The translations under genes and the position numbers were made by a program. A stretch of 32,000 bases of DNA from NCBI RefSeq assembly GCF_001457595.1, contig NZ_LN831039.1:3450001-3482000 (forward strand), given 5' to 3'. The stretch is from Mycolicibacterium smegmatis (GTDB lineage: Bacteria; Actinomycetota; Actinomycetes; Mycobacteriales; Mycobacteriaceae). Below are positions 24,962-32,000 of this stretch, in pieces (the first letter of the stretch is position 1; each line of letters starts with the position of its first letter). Under the pieces are notes generated by a model. It had not been told where the DNA came from and did not search any database. It saw only the letters and a program-made list of their open reading frames with translations.

Positions 24962-25759
24962 TCAGACGCTCACCACCGACGTCAGCAGCTTCGCCGTGTC
25001 CTCGGGTGACTCAACCGGAAAGTGGTGGCTGCCCAGTTCGACGGGAACAAAATCTATCCGATCACCGAACCGCTCAACGGCTTCTGACGAGAGAAGCTCA
25101 CGTACCGCAAAAGCCGTGATCGGCTGAGTCGTCTCACTCAAGGCATGTTCCATGTTCCACCGCACCAGTCCCTCGATTGCTCGTATGCCGGCCGGTTGCC
25201 GAACCTTCACCATCATGCTGAAGTAAGAGTCAATCAACTCTTCACTGAATCCCTCGGGCGAACCGCCCTCGACCAGGGCGCGGACCGCCGCCGCAAAGTC
25301 ATCGTGAAATGGCCGAATAATTGCCTCTGCTTTACTGTCGTCCATCGCGGGAAACAGCCCGAGATAGTGCAAGGCGTCGAGAACCACGACGTGGGTGACG
25401 ACGTCGGGCAGCTGGCGACCGACTTCGACGGCCACCGCGCCCCCGAGCGAATGTCCAACCACGACGCATCGGGTGATCGACTCAGCGCTCAGTACGGCGT
25501 CCACGTCGCGAGCGAATTCCTCCATGGTCCAGACAGTTCGACTCGATCGCGAGTCGCCATGCTCGGCAAGGTCGACAGCGACGACCCGAAGATCGGCTGG
25601 CAACTGCGCGACCAGATCATCGAAATAGCGTCGTTCACAGCCCCATCCGTGAATCAAGACCAGCGTAGACCCCTCCGACGGTCCGGTGATCGAGTATCGG
25701 ATCGTGGTCTCATCAGGCCGCTCGACCATACGATCCCCAGCTCGCAATCCTTCAGTCAT
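24962..25759 (-). CDS. Alpha/beta-fold hydrolase
   Basis: It has an HGWG oxyanion motif (LVLIHGWG), the nucleophile elbow GHSLGG, and a C-terminal GSHHFP histidine region. Confidence 0.85.
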   Translation of the reverse strand: MTEGLRAGDRMVERPDETTIRYSITGPSEGSTLVLIHGWGCERRYFDDLVAQLPADLRVVAVDLAEHGDSRSSRTVWTMEEFARDVDAVLSAESITRCVVVGHSLGGAVAVEVGRQLPDVVTHVVVLDALHYLGLFPAMDDSKAEAIIRPFHDDFAAAVRALVEGGSPEGFSEELIDSYFSMMVKVRQPAGIRAIEGLVRWNMEHALSETTQPITAFAVRELLSSEAVERFGDRIDFVPVELGSHHFPVESPEDTAKLLTSVVSV

Positions 25760-25816
25760 GTTTCCTCCTGTGGCATCTTTTTGCAGGCGTGTCTTCTGGC
25801 CGCAGCGGCGGCATCG

Positions 25817-26217
25817 TCAGCATGTCGATTTGGTTGAATGGTCGCGTCGTCGTGTCTGAGCCGCCGGCTCCGACTGGAGGTCGGTGAAATCGATCGTGTA
25901 TGGCGTGCTCTCGCACACCGGGTAAGCGCTAAACATTATCCGTCCGGCATCCAGGTCCATCACCACCGAAAACAGCGATGCGCTCTGTTCCAATGGGTGA
26001 TCGGCGATGTCCGGGTGACGGCAGATGCTCTTCGGATAGCTCAGGTGATCTTTCAGAACCGTCTGGACGTCGCTCACCGACACGTCCCGCGCGCGACCGC
26101 TCGCCTTTGGGCGGCGTCGAGTTGAATATGATTGTGCGCCAACTGAACTTGATGCAGCTCCTTGCTTGCAGCGCTACGCAGGACGGTGGCCCCGGCTTCA
26201 GCGCCCCCTGTGTCCAC
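25817..26217 (-). pseudogene. C45-peptidase / acyl-CoA:6-APA acyltransferase-like C-terminal fragment, frameshifted
   Basis: The frame 26217-26074 gives VDTGGAEAGATVLRSAASKELHQVQLAHNHIQLDAAQ... The frame 26083-25817 gives ..VQTVLKDHLSYPKSICRHPD..SVVMDLDAGRIMFSAYPVCE... This resembles the C-terminal third of C45 enzymes. The N-terminal catalytic part is absent. Confidence 0.45.
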
Positions 26218-26304
26218 GCGTTCTCCTGACTCTTTTGATGCCACCTCGTTCGTTAAGCCTGGGGCGTGATGACGTCTCCCCGCTGTTCCTTAACGTGGCA
26301 TGTT

Positions 26305-26321
26305 GTGCCGTAATACGGCAC
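26305..26321. promoter_or_regulatory. Perfect 17-bp palindrome upstream of the OYE gene
   Basis: The sequence is GTGCCGTA-A-TACGGCAC, 38 bp upstream of ATG 26359. Confidence 0.35.
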
Positions 26322-26358
26322 GCAAGTGAGCGCAAGCTTCGGCGAAGAGGAGTTGTTG

Positions 26359-27444
26359 ATGGACATGGAACGCATCGCTCAACCAATCCAATTGCGCAAG
26401 GTTGAGGTACGAAACCGCATCTGGATGTCACCGATGGCGCAGTATTCCGCTACCAGCGACGGCTGCCTTTCCGAGTGGCATTCGCTGCACTACGGTGCGC
26501 GTGCTGTCGGCGGCGTGGGAATGGTCATGGTCGAGAGTACGGCGATTGGCCCCGATGATCGATGCACTCTCAGGGACCCAGGCATTTGGACTGGGGCACA
26601 GGTTGATTCGCACCGAACAGTAACCGACATCATCCGCCGCGCAGGTGCCGTGCCTGCGATCCAACTACAGGCCGCCGGCCGGAAGTCGTCACATCGCCTA
26701 CCCTGGGAGCGCAGGGGCCAGAACAGCCCCGTCGCCGTCGAGGAGGGCGGTTGGACTCCGCTCGCCCCGTCCGCAATCCCGTTCGGCAACCTCACCGTGC
26801 CCCGGGCATTGACGCGCGCCGAGATCGCGATGACGGTCGATCGCTTCGCCCAAGCGGCGGTCAACGCACACGAAGCGGGATACGACGTGGTCGAGGTGCA
26901 TGCCGCCCACGGCTATCTGCTACACCAATTCCTCTCCCCCCTCGCGAACCAGCGAGTCGACGAGTACGGGGGATCTCTTCAGAACCGCCTGCGGTTCCCG
27001 CTGGCAGTGGCGCGGGCAGTCCGCTCGGCGTTGCCAGCGGACAAGCCAGTGTTCATCCGCATCAGTACAAACGACTGGACAGGTGGGGGGTTTGATTTTG
27101 CTCAGGCCGTCGAGTTCGCCAAGTGTCTGCGAGAGTTGGACATCGACTTGCTCGACGTGACATCGGGCGGGTTACTGGTCGATGCTCCTCCGCCGCCGAG
27201 GCCAGCTCTGAACGTCGAGCCGGCAGACCGCATTCGACAGGATGTGGGAATCCTGGTTGCACCGGTGGGCCAGATCGGCGATCCGAATGTCCTAGAAGAG
27301 GCTATTAGTCGGACTAAGGTGGATGCGGTATTTCTGGGGCGCCCGCTTCTGCGCGACCCGTACCTTGCCCTCCGGTTCCTCCCTGGTGACCCCCATGATC
27401 TATGGCCGACGCAATACCACCGCGCTCTTATTAATCCACGCTGA
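26359..27444 (+). CDS. Old Yellow Enzyme family NADH:flavin oxidoreductase (YqjM/NamA-like)
   Basis: GAGGAG lies 6 nt before ATG 26359. The translation is ..LRKVEVRNRIWMSPMAQYSA..HYGARAVGGVGMVMVESTAI..PAIQLQAAGRK..VEVHAAHGYLLHQFLSPLANQRVDEYGGSLQNRLRF... Confidence 0.85.
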   Translation: MDMERIAQPIQLRKVEVRNRIWMSPMAQYSATSDGCLSEWHSLHYGARAVGGVGMVMVESTAIGPDDRCTLRDPGIWTGAQVDSHRTVTDIIRRAGAVPAIQLQAAGRKSSHRLPWERRGQNSPVAVEEGGWTPLAPSAIPFGNLTVPRALTRAEIAMTVDRFAQAAVNAHEAGYDVVEVHAAHGYLLHQFLSPLANQRVDEYGGSLQNRLRFPLAVARAVRSALPADKPVFIRISTNDWTGGGFDFAQAVEFAKCLRELDIDLLDVTSGGLLVDAPPPPRPALNVEPADRIRQDVGILVAPVGQIGDPNVLEEAISRTKVDAVFLGRPLLRDPYLALRFLPGDPHDLWPTQYHRALINPR

Positions 27445-27806
27445 CGCCGCCGTTGCTATCGGCGGTACCGGATGCTGTTCGGCGGCAACGACTGGTTTGC
27501 TTGGGAACTGAACGAGATGCCAGCCTTCCAGCTTCGTTTTCGAGGGGACAATTCCAGCCCTGACCACTCTTGACGCCGCCGAGTGGGGCGAGCACGGTAC
27601 CGGTCCCCCTTCGAACCGGTGGGTGGCTGCTTACCATCCGGTCTCGAGTCGTGCCATGACGTAGGAGTGATATCGGTGCAGCAGCCGTGCGCGTTTCGGG
27701 TTCGGGTCCGGTTTACTTGAATTTCTCTGTCACAGAAGCTGTTTCATTCGCTGTTTGAATCGCTGGTCATGTGCGCCGCCGCTACTTTCCGCGGCCGGCA
27801 TGACGC

Positions 27807-28289
27807 TCAACCGCGCATGTTCGCGAAGGGAAGTCGTCCGTGGTGCGCGCGGAAGGCGGCAAGCATCTGGGTCTCCAGGGCGGCGGCCTCGGCGTCGGGC
27901 GTGACGCGCCATCCGACAAGCAGGGTGTCGTGGTCGGCGAGTTGCCAGATGCGTCTGCCGCCGGAGTGTCCGACAGGTTGACCCGCTCCGAATCTGCGGA
28001 ACTCATCGAGGCGTTTGCGTAGGTGGCGCTTGCCGCCGGTGCCGGCGTTTGCCTTGCCGATGTAGACAACTCGTTCACCGGGCACCCACATCCTGTCTAG
28101 TTCGGCGACGGTAACCGTAGGGTCTTTGCCTTTGAAGTGTGCGGCGGGCGACTGGGCGAGGAACCGTGGCGACTCGTCGGAGGGGCGCACGATGACATAC
28201 ACCCCTGGATGCACGGGGACGTCCGCAGTGGGCAGGGCGGCGAAGGGAACCCAGCCGCCGAAGCCGCTGAGGTCAACGGCGCCGGTCAT
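27807..28289 (-). CDS. GIY-YIG-like small nuclease-fold protein (160 aa)
   Basis: The motif order is PGVYVIV (GIY), VVYIGKA (YIG), LRKRLDEF (Arg), HSGGRRIWQL, ALETQMLAAF (Glu), LPFAN (Asn). The ATG overlaps the upstream gene's stop (ATGA, 28286-28289). Confidence 0.6.
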   Translation of the reverse strand: MTGAVDLSGFGGWVPFAALPTADVPVHPGVYVIVRPSDESPRFLAQSPAAHFKGKDPTVTVAELDRMWVPGERVVYIGKANAGTGGKRHLRKRLDEFRRFGAGQPVGHSGGRRIWQLADHDTLLVGWRVTPDAEAAALETQMLAAFRAHHGRLPFANMRG

Positions 28290-28677
28290 GTTGAGGTGCC
28301 GTTGCGGTCGTTGAACCCGTCGATGCAGCCTTTCTCGACCTGCCGCATTCGTGTTTGGTATTTGTTCTCACCGGGGTCTACGGCGGTGAGGGTCCGCCAG
28401 CGGCAGGCGGTCTCGGCGTCGGTGTAGACGACCGATTTCTTGGTGTTGTAGCCGATGTCGTAGCCCTTTTGATACCACTTGTTGTGGGTGTTGGTGTCGC
28501 CGAGCAGGTATGAACCGATTCCGACGACGGCGACGATGCCGGTGACGGCCAGCGCGATTCGTCGGACTCTACGTCGGGGACGTGGGGCCGCGGGGGCGGT
28601 GTAGCCGCTCCAGGCCGGCGCGGGCCAGCCGGGGGTGCCAGCGGCATAGGGGTTAGACATCCCAGGTGCGTAAGTTG

Positions 28678-29889
28678 TCAAGCGGCGGCAGGTGTGCGGT
28701 GTGCCCAGGCTTTGTGTTCGTCGTAGCGGGTCCGGTGGCGTAGGCAACCGTGCAGGATGCCGACGAGGCGGTTGCCCAGAGCCCGCAGTGCTTGGTGATG
28801 GAGGTCGCCTTCAGCGCGGCGATGGTCGTAGAACTGTCGAGCTCCGGGACTTCGGGTTAGCGCGCAGAAGGCCCACTGGTCGATCGCGTCGTAGAGCCGA
28901 CGGTTGCGGATGTGGCGGGCCAGTACGGCGCGCTTCCTGCCGGACGCAATGGTCAATGGCGAGGTTCCGGCGTAGTTTTTGCGACACTTGGCGTTGGTGT
29001 ATCGGTTCGGGTCGTCCCCGAACTCACCGAGCACCCGGGCGCCGAGGATGACACCAAGTCCTGGCAGGGAGCGGTAGATGTCGGCGTCCGGGTGCGTCTC
29101 AAAATGCGCGGCCAGTTCGTTCTCCAGGTCGTCGATCTGACGACTCAACTCGACGACGAGCCCGACGGTGGCCCGCGTTGTCGCTGCGAACGCCGCGGTG
29201 ACCGCAGCCGGTGCTGCGAGTTGTTCGGATCGTAGTGCGGCCTGGATCTCCTGGGCTCGGATGTCGATGTTGCGTTGGCGCCCAGCAGCTTTGAGTGCGG
29301 AGCGGATCTTGGCCAGGCTCAGGCTGGATGCTTGTCGGGGGTCGGGTGCATGTCCGAGGATCGCCAACGCGTCGCGGTCGGACAGATCGTCGAAGGCCTC
29401 CAGCGCCGCGGGGTAGTACTCGCGTAGTGCCGAGCGCAGTGCGTTGGTGTGCCGGTTGCGGGTCCAGATCAGATTCTGATGCGCCCGCGCGAGGACCTTG
29501 ACCGCTTCGGCGTCGGGTGTGTCGCCGGCGATCAGACGGTGGTTGTGTCGGTCGGTGCGCACTAGATCGGCCAACAGCTTGGCGTCGGCGGCATCGGACT
29601 TGGCTCCCGACACCGCGTGGCGGTCGCGATAGCGGGCCACAGCCAGCGGATTGACCGCGTACACCTGATAACCGGCGCCGGTCAGTGCCTCCACCCACAG
29701 TCCGCGGTCGGTTTCGATTCCGACGGCGACCTGAGCGGGGTCATCGGCGTGGGCCGCGATGAGATCGTGCAGTAGTCGAATTCCGGCCAGCCCCTCGGGC
29801 AGCCGCCGTGAGGCCAGCCTGTCGCCGGCCTCGTTCATCAGGTACAGGTCGTGGTGGTCTTCTGCCCAGTCGTCTCCGACGAAGAGCAT
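28678..29889 (-). CDS. IS110-family DEDD (RuvC-like) transposase/recombinase
   Basis: AAGGAGG lies 7 nt before ATG 29889. The N-terminus is MLFVGDDWAEDHHDLYLMNEAG, followed by YAVNPLAVARYR..SGAKSDAADAKLLA. The C-terminal Tnp_20-like block is LPGLGVILGARVLGEFGD..AGTSPLTIASG. Confidence 0.9.
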   Translation of the reverse strand: MLFVGDDWAEDHHDLYLMNEAGDRLASRRLPEGLAGIRLLHDLIAAHADDPAQVAVGIETDRGLWVEALTGAGYQVYAVNPLAVARYRDRHAVSGAKSDAADAKLLADLVRTDRHNHRLIAGDTPDAEAVKVLARAHQNLIWTRNRHTNALRSALREYYPAALEAFDDLSDRDALAILGHAPDPRQASSLSLAKIRSALKAAGRQRNIDIRAQEIQAALRSEQLAAPAAVTAAFAATTRATVGLVVELSRQIDDLENELAAHFETHPDADIYRSLPGLGVILGARVLGEFGDDPNRYTNAKCRKNYAGTSPLTIASGRKRAVLARHIRNRRLYDAIDQWAFCALTRSPGARQFYDHRRAEGDLHHQALRALGNRLVGILHGCLRHRTRYDEHKAWAHRTPAAA

Positions 29890-30150
29890 CGCATCGCCTC
29901 CTTGGCTCGATGTGGATGAAACCGTTCGAGCCGAAGGACATCTGGCGGCGACCTAATGGATCAGTGCTCGAACCGGCACGACATCCCATGAGCGCTGTAG
30001 ATGACCTCACCAACCGGCCGGGGCACGATCTAACCCTAGAAATCGACCATCGTTCCAGGCGGCAGGAGTGCTCACCGGCCAGCGGCTCGGTGATCAGCGT
30101 CCCCGCGCTGGACGGTTATCCGTTCGAGGCACGCCGATCAACACCCATTA
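29890..30150 (-). ncRNA. Candidate IS110 bridge-RNA-encoding left arm
   Basis: The arm is non-coding and lies 5' of the recombinase gene. A stem is possible between CCGGTTCGAGC and GCTCGAACGG. Two internal segments match the insertion junctions: a 9-nt identity to the right flank and an 8-nt complement to core plus the IS 5' end. Confidence 0.4.
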
Positions 30151-30606
30151 GGCGGGTGTGGCTGGCGGTGGTCGGTCCAGCGGTGTCCGTCCCAGTAGCG
30201 TGCTGCGCCGGGGTCGGCGGGGTCGTTGTACCAGCCGGGAGGGACGTAACCGGGAGTCATGTCTCGAAGCGTAACGTCAGTGGGCGTCGCGTTCGTCCTG
30301 CTCTAGCCTCTCTACTCACAGGTCGACGCACCCTTCGAAGCTGAGGTCGGTCGGGCTGACTCCGTAGCTTTTCATGTGGTGCTCGCCCCCTTCCTGGTAC
30401 TTGCTTTCCCGGGGTTGTTCGATCAGCAGGCCGATGCCCCTGACGGCTCATGGAAGGCCCTCGGCCCGATATCGATCCCACGCCGTACGCGCAGGTCTTC
30501 AGTTGCCGCCACCGACGTTGACCCGCAAGCCCCCATCGCTGTGCGTGGCCGATTTCGGTTGACGCGCCGATATGATCGCGGGATCGGTGTGCAGAGGGGG
30601 CTCTCG

Positions 30607-32000
30607 ATGAACCGCACGGCTGTTCGTGTCGGTCAGGCTACGGCGGCTGGTGCGCTTGTGGCTGCCGGTATCGGACTCGGAGCCTACAACGCCTGGTGGT
30701 TGGCGCTGCTGATCGGGATTCCGGTCCTCGTGGCCGGACTGATCATCGTGCCGCGGCCATCGCAACTGTCCGTGCTTGATGTGTTCGAGAGCGGTGCGCC
30801 GCGAAGGTCAGTGCCGGTTCGTGTCGATGCACTGACCCGCAGCAGCCGCAGCCCCGACGACCTGCAGCCGACGTTGGTGACCGCGACGATAAGCCCACCG
30901 CATGACACCGAGTATCAAGGGCGGTGGATCGTCTCGATGTCTCGCGGTGACTTTGAGGCACTGACCAATGAGCCCGAAACCGCGTTGGCGCCGGACCAAC
31001 TGCCGCCGCGCGAAGCGGTGCCTGCGCCCCAGTTCGACCGTCTGCCCGGCCCACAGTTGCTGAGCTATTCGGCTGTGACCGTCGTGGTGGCTCTGGCGCT
31101 GCTGTTCGGTGTAGGTGACGCCTGGCGCATCTCCCTCGACAGGCCCACGCCGCCCGCACCCGGGGAGGCGCAGACTGCCCCCGGGCACAAGGAAATGAAC
31201 CTCAACGCCCGCCTGCGCGGGATGATCGAGGCGGTCTCCAACCAGTTCGGTCCGGCGGCCGCCAACAATCTGCTCGAACTCCGCTTCACCGGCAGCGGAT
31301 CGGACTACGGCACCGTTCTCGATCCGGCCAACGGTGACACGACAATCGTCTACGTCAACAACGGTGGCGATGCGTTCACCACGCCTTCGGCACAGGTTCT
31401 GCGTAAAGACAGCACGTTCACCGCCGGCGATATCGCATCTGCCGATCTGACCGCCATCACGCGCAAGATGGGCGAGCGGCTCGATTCTGCGGGCGGACAC
31501 GTCGACCTGGACAGCTTAGAAATCGAACGGTCGCGTCCAGGAGGTCCGGTGATACTGACCGGCATCTTCGGCAGCAAGACGGTCAAAGCCCTTCCCGACG
31601 GCACCGTCGGGGAGATCTTCGATCCGGCAGATTTCGCGGTGTCATTCCAGCGAGCACGGGAGTCCCTGACGCTGGCTGGGATCACACCCTCGGATCGGGT
31701 CTTGACGAACTTCGAAATCCGCGGCACCCACCGAGCTACGCCGATCGCGCACGCAAGTGAGCTCCAAACCCGCGGAGGTGTGCTGCTGGAGTTCCAGACC
31801 GAAGACCGGTCTGGTCAGATCGTCATCGTCCCCGGAGAACTGCCCGAGATCACTCAGCAGGCCGGCCACGTCGGGTCTCAGACCTTCTCCTTCAACGACA
31901 TCTCACCGCAAGTCTTCGACTCCGTCCGAGCGCAGGCAATGCAGCGGGGTGATCTCGAACCCTACGAGCGAGAAGCGGTCCACATTTGGATGACTGACCG
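30607..32000 (+). CDS. Membrane-anchored protein of unknown function; 3' end lies outside the window
   Basis: This ORF is not in the supplied track because it has no stop in the window. GAGGGGG precedes ATG 30607. Frame 1 stays open for 464 codons. The translation is MNRTAVRVGQATAAGALVAAGIGLGAYNAWWLALLIGIPVLVAGLIIV.. with a further TM helix (LLSYSAVTVVVALALLFGV) and then a soluble domain. The long minus-strand ORFs here are Arg-rich shadows. Confidence 0.7.
   Translation, partial: MNRTAVRVGQATAAGALVAAGIGLGAYNAWWLALLIGIPVLVAGLIIVPRPSQLSVLDVFESGAPRRSVPVRVDALTRSSRSPDDLQPTLVTATISPPHDTEYQGRWIVSMSRGDFEALTNEPETALAPDQLPPREAVPAPQFDRLPGPQLLSYSAVTVVVALALLFGVGDAWRISLDRPTPPAPGEAQTAPGHKEMNLNARLRGMIEAVSNQFGPAAANNLLELRFTGSGSDYGTVLDPANGDTTIVYVNNGGDAFTTPSAQVLRKDSTFTAGDIASADLTAITRKMGERLDSAGGHVDLDSLEIERSRPGGPVILTGIFGSKTVKALPDGTVGEIFDPADFAVSFQRARESLTLAGITPSDRVLTNFEIRGTHRATPIAHASELQTRGGVLLEFQTEDRSGQIVIVPGELPEITQQAGHVGSQTFSFNDISPQVFDSVRAQAMQRGDLEPYEREAVHIWMTD

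Larger units (their letters stand above)
28665..30150 (-). mobile_element. IS110-family (IS110 subgroup) insertion sequence
   Basis: There are no terminal inverted repeats. The 5' non-coding arm is 261 nt and the 3' arm only 13 nt. The boundaries were inferred from restoring the host reading frame and are ambiguous by the shared CC dinucleotide at both junctions. Confidence 0.65.
28286..30260 (-). pseudogene. DUF2510 / single-TM membrane protein gene split by the IS110-family element (parts 30151-30260 and 28286-28664)
   Basis: The 5' part gives MTPGYVPPGWYNDPADPGAARYWDGHRWTDHRQPHP (the GWYxDP..RYWDG..WT motif of DUF2510). The 3' part gives ..GMSNPYAAGTPGWPAPAWSGY..RRIALAVTGIVAVVGIGSYLL (TM helix) followed by a Cys-containing ectodomain. 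Deleting 1486 bp joins them in frame: 489 nt, 162 codons plus stop. The 3' part keeps its own ATG at 28660. Confidence 0.7.

Noticed and set aside
27600-27625. GGTTCGA-containing stretches (also 29968-29980) as tRNA T-arm or att-site remnants.
   Set aside because: No flanking acceptor or anticodon stems can be drawn. The second occurrence is better explained as a hairpin inside the IS110 arm.
30261-30606. A minus-strand 19-codon ORF (MKSYGVSPTDLSFEGCVDL) and its upstream in-frame extension ..GIGLLIEQPRESKYQEGGEHH.
   Set aside because: It looks like the C-terminal stub of a lost gene. It has no start for the longer form and no recognisable family, so it is too short to call.
1-32000. CRISPR arrays, rRNA or tRNA genes.
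   Set aside because: No regularly spaced direct repeats and no conserved RNA-gene motifs were seen on either strand. The only repeats are IS copies, duplications at IS junctions, and short palindromes.

Overview
High-GC actinobacterial DNA that looks like Mycobacteriaceae or another Corynebacteriales member; composition was judged by eye, not computed. Bases 1 to about 10.3 kb look like ordinary chromosome. They hold a TrpB-like PLP enzyme (5' partial), a DUF1206 membrane protein, and a small helical protein divergent from a hemerythrin-domain protein. They also hold a ROK regulator back-to-back with an MFS transporter, a proline-rich repeat lipoprotein, a DapB-fold amine-dehydrogenase-like enzyme, and a TetR / class-A FAD monooxygenase / 14-TMS MFS module. 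From about 10.3 to 30.6 kb the window is a heavily rearranged accessory region. Two IS3-family copies with identical translated ORFs lie in inverted orientation; one is 3'-truncated and is itself split by an IS1380-family element with a CTAAG duplication. A Tn7/Tn5053-like tniA'-tniB-tniQ module has its tniB cleanly split by an IS256-family element with a 9-bp duplication. The region also contains two convergent DUF5994 paralogues, truncated LysR and GCS2 (YbdK-type ligase) genes, and frameshifted CapA-like and C45-peptidase-like pseudogenes. An IclR regulator, an alpha/beta hydrolase and an OYE flavin oxidoreductase follow. A DUF2510-membrane-protein / GIY-YIG two-gene operon is split by an IS110-family element whose 5' non-coding arm carries short matches to its own insertion junctions, as a bridge RNA would. 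The window ends in an open-ended membrane-protein ORF (30607 onward) that is absent from the supplied ORF track. No rRNA, tRNA or CRISPR array was seen. The best candidates for something undescribed are the DUF2510-TM/GIY-YIG pair and the DUF5994-centred segment on the cargo side of the tni module; both are hypotheses only. Many long ORFs in the track are antisense shadows typical of high-GC DNA and were not called.
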